Shown here in pieces: positions 41,640-54,819 of a DNA stretch of 64,000 bases; the stretch's first letter is position 1; each line of letters begins with the position of its first letter. Under the pieces are notes generated by a model. That model was not told where the DNA came from. It ran no database searches and was given only the letters and a program-made list of their open reading frames with translations. Made by a program: the position numbers and the translations under genes. This DNA is from the human T2T-CHM13v2.0 reference genome, Homo sapiens, in NCBI RefSeq assembly GCF_009914755.1, contig NC_060929.1. The stretch is one strand, 5' to 3'.

Positions 41640-41770
41640 AAAGTTCATTTAAAATGTATTAGCCCGTCTAATTCTCAGACTAACCCTGCAAGTGATACTA
41701 TTATAATCCCCAGTTTACAGATGAGAAAATCGAGGCTCAAAAAGCTTAAGCGGCTTTCCTAAGATTTTAT
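41640..41770 (-). mobile_element. MIR
   Basis: ccccagtttacagatgagaaaatcgaggctca. Confidence 0.7.
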
Positions 41771-41829
41771 ACTAAAGTAAGAATGAGGAATAAAGCTAAT
41801 CTTAGAGTGTTCATTTCACCGCATAATTA

Positions 41830-42775
41830 CCAAGGCTATTATCAGTCTTTTAACTGACTCTATAGGCAAAACAGTATTTCCTTGTTTTAGTTTACGCTGC
41901 TTTGAGTATCTATGAGGCTCTTTTCCAGTTCTTTCTTACCTGTTGCCTATACCTATTTCTCTATTTCTTTTTTTTTTTTTTTTTTTTTTTTTTGGTGGGA
42001 AGAATGGTTATCTTTTCTGAGTTGACTAATAAGAACTCTTGCTATAATAGTGATATTATCTTATTTTACAAATATATTTTCCACTTAGTCCTGTGGTTTT
42101 TTTCTGTTTGTTTTGTTTTTGTTTTTGTTTTTGTTTTTGAGACAGAGTCTGGCACTGTTTCCCGGGCTGGAGTGCAGTGGTACAATCTTGGCTCACTGCA
42201 ACCTCTGTTCTCCTGCCTCAGCCTCCTGAGTAGCTGGGATTACAGGTGCCCTCCACCACACCCAGCTAATTTTTTGTATTTTTTAGTAGAGACAGGGTTT
42301 CACCACATTGGCCAGGCTGGTATCGAATTCCTGACCTCATGATTCACCCACCTTGGCCTCCCAAAGTGCTGGGATTACAGGCGTGAGCCACCGTGCCTGG
42401 CTGTCTTTAATTTTTTATTGTTTTAGGATGTACAGAAAAGTAAAATTTTTATGTTGTCAAATCTACCAATCTATTTCTTCACGGTTTCTGCCTTAGAAAA
42501 GCCTTTTCAAACTAAAATTACATACATTTTTAAACCTAGTTTACAGTTCTATATTTCTTTAGTCTACCTAGAGTGTATTGAAGTGTATAATGCGAGCTAA
42601 GTTTCAATATGCAGTTTTTCCAATGTGTAAGCTGTTATCCCAACACTATTACTAAATAACGCATTTCTCCCTACCAATTTGTTCTTCATTACGTTTTAAG
42701 TAGTATAGATATTTGGTTTTGACTCCAGGCTTTCTATTCACTTCCTTTGATATGTTAATACTGATTCTAGTTATG
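41830..42775 (-). mobile_element. L1ME-like fragment split by an Alu, with poly-T at about 41968-41993
   Basis: aaatatattttcc, gtcaaatctaccaatc, cccaacactattactaaata, tttctattc are antisense L1 ORF2 3'-region remnants. Confidence 0.6.
42098..42402 (-). mobile_element. AluS (Sg-like) with a small internal deletion
   Basis: (GTTTTT)n tail, then gagacagagtct; caacctctg joins directly to ttctcctgcctcagcc; ends gtgagccaccgtgcctggct. Confidence 0.95.
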
Positions 42776-43409
42776 GTTTCTCCCTTCTCTACCCCATGAC
42801 CACCCCAGGTGCTAAAGGTAGAATCCACATCTATCTCAGCATCACTCTGCTGTGGGCACCCAGGGTCTTGGCAACAGCATCTAATGCCTTGTCACTTGTG
42901 CCCTCTAGGCAGAAGAAGAGACATGGATTCTGGGTCCCAAATCAGGATGAATGAGCTGAAAAAAAAAATACTTCCTTCAGTTATGAATGTGTGTGTGTGT
43001 ATGCATGTGTGTGTCTCAGGGCTATGTATCCCATGGCCCATGGCTCTCCAAACCAGAAAGCCATTTTCTACCTGTAACTTGTATTACCAAATAGAACGTC
43101 TAGAATCTGGGGCTGACTTTGTGACTATTTCCATTCAGAAAACTCTTTCTTATTCAAGAAAAGTTTTGCTCCACTTAACGTGGGATTTTTTGCAGAAAAT
43201 TTTGCAACCTTCATTTTCTTTTAAGGTGTGTAGGTCATAAGGAAATGTGGAAACACATGAACATTTAAGACCTAAGCAACTGGATGTGTAGAAGTTAAAC
43301 ACTGGTCTGGGAAGTCAAAGAACAAATTTCCTGTTCTTTTCAATCTCTGTGACATACCCATCTCTGTGCTTCTGACAAACCCATTTATGGTTTGTTCAGG
43401 CCACTTAAA

Positions 43410-43560
43410 ATGATAAAATTTTACAACCGAAATGGACCCTAGAGATCTTCTAGTCCTACCTCGTTATTTTTACAGATGTAGAAACTAAGCCCAGAAAGCT
43501 TACATGGCCTGCTCTACAGGTCAGAGCCAAGGTTAAGAGAGGGTGTCTCAATGCACTACC
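43410..43560 (-). mobile_element. MIR/MIR3 fragment
   Basis: agagatcttctagtcc...tttacagatgtagaaactaagcccaga. Confidence 0.65.
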
Positions 43561-44353
43561 CTCTGCTCCACCTCCTCAATTAATAGGAAAAAGTTAATTA
43601 AATCAAGCAATTCAACCTGTAGTGATTGTATTAAAATCCAAAACTCAAATCAGGACATATGCTGAAAGTAGAACAGTCTTTCAAATGAATTGATTTAAAT
43701 ACATCTTAGATTGAAAAAAAAAACTATACTGTAAATAGTTATAAGCAAACAGTCTCCTCACTCTTTCTTTTTCTGTCTTTGTTACACCTTTCTCCACTCT
43801 CTCCCACTCCTTTCTTCCCCTACCTCTGGAGCCTCTCCTGCCAGAAATAAAACTTGTGGCACAGGCTTCTCATTGGAGCCCCCACAGTCCATTTGGTTGT
43901 AATGAATGTGCCTCTCTTGTGTAGGTTGCAATCGTTTTGCAGCCTCTGCTACCAAGCTGTGGTTCTGAGTTCCAGAATTCAGGCAGGAATAGGCAAAGTG
44001 GGTTAAAGCAAAGTAGGCCGTGGACAGGACGTGCTCATGGACACAGTGAGTCTAAGTCTGCAACCCAGCTAACCAGGACTTCAAACAAACTGGATTTAAA
44101 GTCTTCCTCTCCAACCCCCACTGCCCTCCCACACATTCTAGTCACCCTTGAAAGGAAAGACGATGATGACTGCAGTTACGCAGGCAGAAAAGGGGACCGA
44201 TGCAGCTTCTGGCACAGAAAATGAGAGGAATTAAAATCTTGGGTTCACACACTCTCTCATATTGGTCTTTGCATGGTCTCCTTTTATTCTGCTAGTCAGT
44301 TCGTTAATCAATTATTAGTAACAAGGTAATAAGAACCCAGAATTGGCCATTCA

Positions 44354-44769
<416 letters not shown>

Positions 44770-44835
44770 CTATGTATTCATGAAAGTATTTCTTAATTTT
44801 TAACTGTTTTCAATATTATACAAATGTTATTCCAC

Positions 44836-45002
44836 TATGTCTGAGATTTTCTTCAAAATAATAAGGGAGGAGAAAAGCGGGTAAGAGGTATATATGGATG
44901 AAACAAGATAGGCCAAGATGGAAGCTGGATGCAGGATGCCTGAGGGAGGTGACAGTATTCTCTTTTGTATGTGTTTTAAATTGTCCATATAAAATTTTTA
45001 AA
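44836..45002 (+). mobile_element. L1ME-like 3' end fragment
   Basis: atgtctgagatt...ttcaaaataat...gatgaaacaagat...gaagctgg...tttgtatgtgttttaaatt. Confidence 0.6.
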
Positions 45003-45884
45003 GGGTATCATGCTGTATGTAATACTTTAGGAGGTTTTTTAACTGAATATTATATTGCTAAGATTCCTGCCTATTGTGTGTTTTGATCTCGTATAATACA
45101 GTCCCTATTGCAAATAGATCACTGTTTATTTTTTACTATTAAGGATTGAAGCAAAGGAGATTTTTGGTTAACCCAAAAATCCAATGTAGCAATATTTTCC
45201 CTTTTCCCACTGACTGCAGTTTCCTCGATTTTTTTCATGCTCCTCTCCAATTCTGTCCTGCTCCTGAATATATCCATCCCCTCCACCACCCCACCCCAGA
45301 ATTCCATGAGGCAGCTGTAACTCCAGTTGAACTTTGGCCAGAGAACTTTGGTGTTTCAACTTTTTCCCATTGGATTTGGCTGTCAGTCACCACTTAGACC
45401 TTGGCTTCCCTGAGGTGTAGCCCTACCACTAGGAGGCCTTTCTCCCTCTCCTCCCTATGTGGCCTCTGGCCTGGCCATGGAGGGCCCAGCAGAGCTCTAA
45501 GGGAGGGCTGCGAGGGGTGCCTCCTTTGCGTTTTTGAGTCTCTGAAGTTGCACTCTATTTCTTTGGCCCTTCTGCAGCAGGACAGACTCACTCTTCCAGG
45601 GACCATCTCTGAGGGCTTTCTTCCAAGTGGATGGGCCTTAGCTGGAGCTAAACTTGCAGTCTTTCATGCAAAGTCTGCTTTAGAGTCAAAGCCAGAGACA
45701 ACAGAGTGTGTCTCTATTTTGCCTTGCTTAATGATGTTTTCATCATTTTGATTTTTCATCCATGTGACATAGAATGCCACTTTCAAAGTACTTCTAAGCT
45801 GCACAGAGGTTGACTTGCTTGGAGCCTTAGCAAAAGCCCTCTTTCCAGGGCTTGTTCCATGTGACTTAAAATACTAATCATTTC

Positions 45885-46040
45885 TTTCATTCATCAAATA
45901 TATAGTTGTTGCCTATGATATGCCAGGTACCATGCTAGGCTCGGTGTGTACAATGGTAAATAGGATGCAATCTTCTGCTTTCAAAGGGCTCCCCATTCAG
46001 TTAGGAACACAGGAAAAGACATGAGCAAATACAACAGAGG
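45885..46040 (-). mobile_element. L2 3' end
   Basis: ttcattcatcaaatat...tatgccaggtaccatgctaggc. Confidence 0.7.
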
Positions 46041-46047
46041 CACTTGC

Positions 46048-46309
46048 AGTCTGGGCTACATTATAACTTCCTAATATTTTGCCTTTGTTGACCCCTTCTT
46101 CCATAAAAATATTAAAAACTGTATTTCATGTTTATACGAAGTGCCTAAAGACAAATGTATTAATATTATATATTAAAACACTTTCTTCAATCTGAAAATT
46201 AACTTTTTCTTCCGGTTTTAAAGGAAATTAAAACATTTTCATGGGCCTCTGAAAGCATTGTGGGCCCTAGATTCTCTGCCTACTTTGCCTAATAGAGAAG
46301 TTAGCCCTG
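46048..46309. mobile_element. hAT-Tip100-like DNA transposon fragment
   Basis: ccccttcttccataaaaatattaaaaa...aaattaaaacatttt...gtgggccctag...tgcctaat...gccctg terminus. Confidence 0.6.
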
Positions 46310-46534
46310 CTTGCCATACATATTTTCTTCCCTATTTTAGGATAACTCAGCCCCCCTGTTTTATTTCTTTCATTCATTTCTGAGAATGAGGACTCCTCTG
46401 TTATGACAATTCTGTGTTTGGTTTCCATCAACCGAAACTGTGCATATTGACAAAGAGTAACAATGAAATCACATTTAAATGAAAGTATTTTAATTTATCA
46501 TGACAGCAGCTTCAAATATGTCTGTCAAACAATA

Positions 46535-46770
46535 AGAATGGCTAAAATGCACCGAGCCCTAACTATGTAAGCAGCACTGTTCCTCAGATATTAACTCATT
46601 TAAGACAACAACCCTGTGAGGTGATATTATCACCATTATCTCCATTTTACAGATGAAGAAACTGAAGTATTCAGAGGTTAAATAACTTGTTCAGGGCCAC
46701 ACAACTAGTAAGAGACACAGCCAGCATTTGAACCTAAAATGTTAGTCTCCAGAGCCTTCCTTGCTATGTT
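46535..46770 (-). mobile_element. MIR
   Basis: aactcatttaa...caaccctgtgaggt...ccattttacagatgaagaaactga...ggccacacaactagtaag...atttgaacc. Confidence 0.88.
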
Positions 46771-46997
46771 AGATGACCTAGGACATAATTATGTGAAACC
46801 TTACCCAGGCTGTTTTCTACCCAGCTGTGAATTTCTCGCTCTTTACAGAGCTGCAGCTGCCAGGAGCCCACAGTCCACAGGCTGGGAACATGTACTTAGG
46901 GTAAAGGTTCTAACCCTTCTCATAGCATTAAGCTGTCATGGGACTCTGTTAGTACCTGAAATGTTTCTATTTCAGGGAGCCTATTATGGGTGCCCTA

Positions 46998-47016
46998 GGG
47001 CTCCCTCTGGTAGCTG
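46998..47016 (-). promoter_or_regulatory. Weaker CTCF motif match
   Basis: Minus strand CAGCTACCAGAGGGAGCCC; 12/14 to CCASYAGRKGGCRS. Confidence 0.3.
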
Positions 47017-49084
47017 TACATGGGCCAACTGAACAAGAAGCTTGTCTCTTCCACCTCAGTTCTCTCTACCCACAGAATGATCTAGGAGCTCTGGACTGCC
47101 CTAGACCCTTGCATTGTCCATAGACTTGAAGACTGGAATTATAGCCACTACCTCCCTGGGTTGCTTCCTCACCAACAATGTAGATTCACAGAAAAGGAAT
47201 TTAGGTTAAAAAGATGATGTCTTAAATTCTAGGTCCACAACGCCAGAACAGTCCTTGTTTGCCAAGTAGAAATTTATGTAATCACAAGACTAAAGACACT
47301 TTTTATTTCCAAAATGTTTTTGCAACCAACATAATAATTCCCCCTAAGTAAGTGCCAAAATACTTTTCCCTGAGTCCTCTTAAGTGCTTTGAGTTGCTAG
47401 AAAAATATGCTTCTGAAATTTTACAGTTAACTCTGGAGCTGAAGCTGTGCTATATAAGAAAGAAAGAGATGAAGGGAACATTTAAACTGTGATAGACATC
47501 ATGGGAGAAGGGGAGACAATGGTCTGACTCGTATATACAGTTTTCTGGTCCACAAATATCATTCGCTCAACAAGACTTTTAGTACAGAATCAAAAGCAAT
47601 GGTAGAAAACTATGATGGTTTTTCTGTATTGGAGAGACAAAGCTTCAGAGCTTGTCATTTTTTTTTTCATTCATGCAGGTTGGAGCCAACACGCATGCTG
47701 TGCCTAAATAATAACATATACAATTAATGGAGGGAAATATATGAGAGCTGGCCCAGAATAGTCCTTTAGACTGTGACATTTGGGCAATGAGCTGACAGAT
47801 TAAAAAGATCATGTGGCCTTCTAATACAACATTGCCTCCTTTCTTAAAAACAACCAAAAAATGATGTTTTTAAAAATAAGCTTAAATACCATGGGAGTCT
47901 ATCCCTAAGTCCCTGGACTCTGCATAAAGAAGTGTCTAATCACTGAGCTGGAGTTTCTGGAATGGGATTCCAGGCAGAGGCAAATGCTTCCATCAGGGCT
48001 TGTGGACAGGTGACAGATGGTGGATTTTCGCCTTTCAGCACATAACTGTAACCTCATGCACTGTCTGAGTTTATTTTCAACCCCCTACACAAGGGCTTAT
48101 TGTTTATAATAAGCTGTCCTCTAAACCCATTTCCAGGAAAAGATTCCCCATGTGTGTCAGCCTGCATCACTTCCCGGGCTGCACAGTGACCATGAAGACT
48201 CCAGGCCAAATGTCAAGAGCCAACACAGGGGAGGGGGCAATAAATTTTCCAGTCTTTGTTATAATTTATATTAGTGCCCAGTCAGTCTCAGGTGCATCTT
48301 AGAACACATTACTTAGAATTTGCAGCCTCACTTCTACTTTCTCACCCAGAATGAAAACCAACACACATTTCACCAAGCCATTTCTACTTGTTATAAAAAG
48401 AGGGAAGAAAATAAAATTTTGTCTCACAGGTCAGGTTTCTATCTCAAGGTGGGAAAACTCAGTAATTTATACTCAGAAAGTAAACAAGCTGCACCCACCC
48501 CCAGCCTACAAGGTGTATAAACATTAAATGAGCAATTCTAATTTTATTCTCAGAACTGTTTGTGTTCTGAGTCAACTCTTGCCTTCTCTTTATTTTGAAG
48601 CTAGAAAATACAGGCCTCTGATTTTATCTAAGACCCTGTAATTCCACTGGGCTTTTCAGAAGGATTGGGGTCAACACAAGGACATGAATCTGAATGAGCA
48701 CAAACTCTAGCTATACGGCCCCACCTAAAATGTGAGGCAAAGAACAGCTCTGAGATCCATGAACATCAATTTACTTCAGGGAGAAGCTGGATAAAACTTT
48801 GAGTTTGGTCTCAAAATAGCCTGAACAATTTTAGTTTTCTGACAGCATTTGGTGGCAAGCCTGTTAGAGAACAGCATCTTGAAATTTCCCATTTGTGTGC
48901 TGTAGATAGCATATCATCTGGGCACACCCAGAGCTTCAGAAGCATTAATCACCAAGGTACACCTGCCATGGAACACAGGTCTCAGGAGAGAAAGGGAGAG
49001 AGTTTTCTATGGACCCCCATACCTTGTGTTGCGTACATTTTTGCCTACTTGATTGACTAACAACTCACCTAATTGCTAACCCAG

Positions 49085-49262
49085 GGAGCCACTGGGGTGC
49101 AGTGGTTAAGAGCGTGGACACTTGAGTGAGGTCTTGATTCAAATCTCAGCTCTGCCATGTACTGGCTGTATGATCAGAGACAAGTTTCTTCTCTGAGCCT
49201 TAGCTGTCTAATGAGACGAAGTCTGATGGGACCTAGCACAGTACCTGCACATTTAGGGACTC
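49085..49262 (+). mobile_element. MIR
   Basis: gcagtggttaagagcgtggac...ttcaaatctcagctctgcca...ctctgagcct. Confidence 0.8.
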
Positions 49263-49794
49263 AAGTCTCTTTCTCTCCCACACTTTTCTTTCCCTGAGCA
49301 TTAATAAGAAGGATAAGTATGAAAGTACTCAGCATCTATGTATTCAAACTAGCTCACTAGACATAAATGTGGCAGATATTCTTGTGATGGTACAGGAAGA
49401 GGCCAAGAATAGAGACCTTCATCCTCACTTTGCTTAATATAGGCTCAAAGTTCCCATATAAATGGACTGGTTATACTACAAATATGTCAGGTTTGGTATA
49501 ACTTGAAATATATGGCCCAAAGCAGGAAAAAGCCTTTCTCCTTATATAAAGGTGCTTATTGTAATAGAATCAGCCATTTTATAATCTGATCCATATTAGC
49601 ATTTTTTACTTGACAATCTCAAAGAAATTCTTGGCATCAATACTGACTTTTTATAACATTGCCAGTGGGTAAAGAAGATAACAAAACATTTGCTCACCAG
49701 TTATGCACCTTAGCTTCCAGCATCAGCTGTGTGAGTGAACCAAAAGGGCAGTTGCAGAAACTGAATATAGACTCCCATCCCTCACTCTAGCATT

Positions 49795-49990
49795 CCCACC
49801 AATAGGACTTACGTCATCCTTCCTGGGCAGTTGGGTGGATGGGGTTTAAGGGAGCGTGTGAATTCAGGAGACCTGCTTGGCTGGTTCATAGAATTTGCCC
49901 TGGGTGGAGCTTTAATTTTAAGGAACACCTTCCTTCTGTGGGCCTGAGGAGCTGCAGTGTATTTAAGCTCTAGTCTGCTGGACTTGAATG
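49795..49990 (+). promoter_or_regulatory. Promoter-like motif series
   Basis: CCAAT 49799-49803, TTACGTCA 49809-49816, GGGTGGAG 49902-49909, TATTTAA 49960-49966. Motif evidence only. Confidence 0.25.
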
Positions 49991-50409
49991 AGCCCAGTGG
50001 AAAGGAATGGCTAGTGTGATCATAGAGCCTTTAAGACATTGGACACTCACTCACTCACCTATTAAAGGAGGAACAAGTCTTAGGAATCATGCTTCCTTGG
50101 TGCCCATTCACTCACTAAGCTCTTTAGGAGATTTAGATTAGACGCATAGATCTTAGCAGTCCTCCAAACCAAACGCCTTGTTTTACCGATGAATGAACCA
50201 GCCTAAAGTCACACAGATCATAAGTGGCAGATCCATGACCAAGGTCATGATTTGATGATTTCTAATTCTCTAACACCCTACCCTTCCTTATGTAAAGACA
50301 AATTAGATGAGACTTTGTCCTCAAGGAGTTCACAGTCATGCAGGGGAAATGAGACTGTGCAAATGAACAATGGTTATCCCAGCATGAAAGCGTGATAGGG
50401 AGGGGGCAG

Positions 50410-50545
50410 AGATTTAACATATGCTGAACACCTACCATGTGCAAAGGGTTTATTATACATTTTCTCATTTAATCCTCACATCAAACGTATGAGGAATACA
50501 TTATCATCCCATTTTATTGATAAGGAAATGGAGGCTCAGTGATTC
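50410..50545 (-). mobile_element. MIR
   Basis: tctcatttaatcctcaca...attatcatcccatttta...gataaggaaatggaggctcag. Confidence 0.8.
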
Positions 50546-52044
50546 TGCTGTAGCCTGTCTACATATCCACTGCTCTGGAGACCCAGGTTGAGTGGACTCC
50601 TGAGGAAGGGTGGTTCAGGCGGAGAAGGCTGCTTGGAAAGATGAGGCTTGAGTTGGTGCATTGCACTTGATTAGGTGCAGAGAAGCCTCAACAGATGGAG
50701 GAAACACAGATGGTCTCCCCATGATTACATCACCACCCAGAGAAGGTTGGAAGCAGTTACACGCCCACTGCTTTGCAGTCTCAAATGTAAACTGCCTAGA
50801 AAACTGAGCATGCTGATGAGAAGTTTTGTCTTAAACCTGCAGCACCCCTATTTACAGATGGTCTATTTTGAGCAAGGAGCAACACAATATATAGTGGGGA
50901 GTTCCTGAGGATGTAGAGGACCCTGATGCCCCTTTTGTGAGTTTATCATTTCATGAAGAACTAGAACCGGCATCAGTGAAGGGCAGAGAGACGGACAGTT
51001 GGACATAGCCATATGCAAGTGCTGAGGGAGAGTCAGGGAGAACAGAATAATGACAGGTAGCATGGTGTGGTGTGTGGCGAGTTTAAGAAGGAGGAATAGC
51101 CTGAGCAATGGTTTGAAGAACTGGCTTGGCAGAGAGCAGGGAGAAGCTCCTGAGGGAAGGTTTTGAGGTGAAGAAGGAAAATTCCATGCTTAGCTGGAGG
51201 AGAGAACACAAGACAGAGTATGGCAGCTGGAGATGAAGCAGTTTGGTAAGGAATATATGTTGGGAAGTTTAGAAACTCATAGATTCAACCACATTACCCT
51301 TGATCACCTGTACACAGAACCTCAAAGACCTCATCCACTTCAAATACCTTTGGTTATTACTTTGGTGTTGTCATATCCCCTGTGTACATGGGGGTCCTGA
51401 GTCAGAAAGAGAAACAGAGAAAGGCCTTTCCAGAACTGAGATTTGTATTATCCCCTTTCCCTAACAAAAGTAGAGGCTTAATGCAAGAGATCAACTAGAT
51501 TCAAGTAAACACTTAATTTACATTTTATAAAGGGGCTTCAGAATGCACATAGACCTTCAATTGAAATGTGCAGGAAAATTAAATCACTAACTATCAATGG
51601 GCATGAGTTGCTCTTTGAGGAATCTCTATTATACATAAGCTTAAGGAGATACTCAAATACACTGGGTGCCCAATTTTCTGAACTCTTTGTGGCTGTAAAG
51701 GTGAAAACTGGAATTTGTGTTTAGCAAAGCCTCTCATGCAGTAAGAAAGTAAAAACATTCTTCTTGAGGAAACACTGGACAAATGGAAATACCTAAAGGC
51801 GGGGGCTTCAGACTGAGATGATAAACATACTGTTTGACAATAAAAGACTTGCAATAATAGGTCATTGTGTTTATTTCTGCAAAAATAATATTCGTTGCCT
51901 GATTTTTTAAACTTCCTCTAATGGAGAGAGAGACAGAAGACTAGAACGTTGGTCTCTGGGGAGTGACCACGGTTACCATAAACAGTGGTGCAGGGAGTGC
52001 CCTGCAAAATGTGCCTGCTAAGAGGACAACTGGGGAGAGAAATA

Positions 52045-52185
52045 CAGTAACCTCCATTAGAATATGAGTTCCATGTAAGGTAAGGGTCTTGAGATCTTGG
52101 TTTCTTTCATATCCCCAATGTCTAAAACAGTACTTAATGCATAGAAATTGATCAAAAAGTGTTTATTAATTGAATGAATAAAGAA
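52045..52185 (+). mobile_element. L2 3' end
   Basis: ccattagaatatgagttccatg...tatccccaatgtctaaaacagtac...ttgaatgaat. Confidence 0.7.
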
Positions 52186-52388
52186 AAAAAAACCATGATC
52201 TCAGCAATATGGTATTGGAGTGGAGGATCAGGAAGAAGGCACCCAGGAGGCTACTCCTCCCAGGAAGAGGCAAGGCCACTACTAGGGTATTCACGTCTCA
52301 GATCTAGTTTTAAATTTTTCCTGTCTCATAGTTAGGAGATGACCAGACATGGCCAGCGTGGAGTGGTTCAGGACGAGAGCTGGGAAGA

Positions 52389-52891
52389 GTGGCAGACACT
52401 GCTGGGTACTCAGCAGCCCAGCTCCCCTTTTCCTTACCAGCCATATTCATATTTTGTTTTAGATGGGAGTGCACTTTGCTATAATCCTTGCCTTCCCAGG
52501 CTTCAGAAAATGCACTGACACTCATTTCAGGTCACTGAGATATAATTAAAACTTGGCTAGGAATTTCTGGGAAAGTTTCACTTTTCTGCTTCAGGGGTTC
52601 CCCCTTGGTCCTTTGCCCCTTATTCTTTCTGCTGAGAGTAAGGACATGAGCCTGGAAAAAGGGCAGCCATTCTGTGACCATGAGGCAACAAGCATGAGGC
52701 AAAAAGTCACATGTTAAGGATAGAGGAAAAAAATGTTGATAGGACATGGAGCTCCTAAGACTTTACAGAGCCCTCGTACTGCTCATGTCCAGACTTTGAA
52801 TACATGAGAAAATCACCCCTCCTCCTGTTTGGTTAAACCACAGCAGTTGAGTTTCTGTTACATGCAGCTGGACCTAATTTCTAACTGACAC
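52389..52891 (+). mobile_element. MLT1J-like MaLR LTR
   Basis: gtggcagacactg...ttctgggaaagtt...gcagccattctgtgaccatgagg...ttctgttacatgcagc...ctaactgacaca. Confidence 0.8.
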
Positions 52892-54819
52892 AATAAGCAA
52901 CCACCAGGAATGTAAACTCTACTGGGATGCTTAGAAATACTTGAGCAGGATGCAGGACTTCTTGTATCCAAAACGGAGACTTGGACTAAGACTGATGGAC
53001 TTCCAAGGACACAGTGGCTCCTCAGGAGGTTGGAGAACTTGGGTTACAAAGTAAAGAATTTTACAACAGTGAAGCCTTTGGAGTTACTGAAATATACTAT
53101 GAAGGCAGCCTACAGATTCTAAAGTATGTGTTTTGGGAATTTCCGTTCTGACAACAGCAGAAATGACCCCTTAGTTGAACAATGCCTGAAAGAGCCATCT
53201 GTCTAGAACTGCAACAAGCTTGAGCTGCAGTTCTCATACCAGTTTGAGAACTTCACATTCTTTCTGTTGCCTAATACCACTGAGTCGAAATGACCCAATT
53301 TACTTTGAATGGTTGCTGTTAATTTGATCTCCAAATTACTGGTTGGTAATTTTAGTGTCCATGATCTGAAAGTACCCTGTGATTGTAAGGAGGAACAGTT
53401 GATATAATCACTATCATCAAAATAACAACCTCATTTCACATGCTAACACCTTGAGTTTGTTGACATTGTTGGTAACTGTGGTACACATCTATTCTGCTTT
53501 ACACAATACTGGTGTGAATTAGTGTCCTGGAGAACTGTGGGCTCTTTGAAGTATATTTGGAGACTACCCTTAGCATCCATGCAGCTAGAAACAACAGAAA
53601 GGTGTTGATTGGTAGATATATTTTTAGTCAGATTACTTCAGCCCCAAACAGAAAGTGCTTAAGGCAGTAAGTACTGAGGTACATCTGATTAGGGCTCATA
53701 AACTTTATTCAGAACTACTTCTATAGCTAAGTGGCTGGTGTGACATGGTGTGTCTACATGTATGTGTGTTTTGGTGAATGCCTTTAGGTGATCCACTCTC
53801 ATATTTAAAAAAATAGATTCCCACTTTTATCCTATAGGGCTTCAAAATTTACTTAAAAAATAGCTTTTTGCATTCACCACAGCTATGTGAGCTAGTTAGA
53901 TGTCTTAAGCAAAATACCTCCACCCCTTTCAAATGAACAAACTAAAAGTAAGCTTTGATATGAGGCCGGTTCTCAATTATTTCTGAGAAAGGTCAACAAC
54001 TTAGATATTATATTCAGATGTACAAAAGTAAACACAGATTTTCTCTCTCACATTTCATCTTGTTTGGGAGCTCTTCATTTCTAAAGACAGCAAAGAAAAG
54101 TTGATATTTTCACATTGCCACTCAGGGTTACTCTGTTTCTGCTCTTCCTTGAACTGTTCCAGACCTCTTTGGCTCTTGCCTCTGTTGCCTTCACTTGTCT
54201 CCAGTGTGATGCAGCTCATCTTATTTGCCCTGGCATTTGAGCTAGAAGTTTATAGTTTCTGTCATATTCTCCTGTCATGAAGACCTGACATCATGAAATG
54301 ATCTCCTCATCTCCCCTCTCAGACTGTTCTCTGTCCCTCTCTGGTCCAGCGCCCTATGGCACTTCTTGATTCCTTTATTGAGGAGCATGGGGACACTGAA
54401 TGCCTGTCCAGGCCACACAGACTACCTCCTTTCTAAACTCCCTCCTGGGTGGCACCATGTTGCTCCGTGCCAGGAAGAAAACAGGAAACTCCCCTATAGG
54501 GAATCAATATTATAATATTTACGTTAAAACATTTGGAATATGTCAACCTCCCCTCAGAGTTTCTCGAAACTTTATTCCCCCAGGGATTTTGATCCAGATA
54601 ATGAAGTCATGTTCCTCAATTCTGACATCTTGCTTCTCTTTCTTCTCCTTCCTGGGCTCCTCTCTCTGGAATCTGAAGGGCTTTTTTACTTTTCCTTTCC
54701 GTCAAGTAAAATTTTTTCTTACATCATATCCTCCTTCCCCTTTTTACTACAGTCTACAAATAAATCTCTGGAGTTCAAATCTACCAAGCTTCACTCTTCT
54801 CCCCCACCCCCCAAAAGCT

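Noticed and set aside
42893-42912. CTCF-like gtgccctctaggc
   Set aside because: The first three core positions mismatch; the similar site near 40005 fails in the same way.
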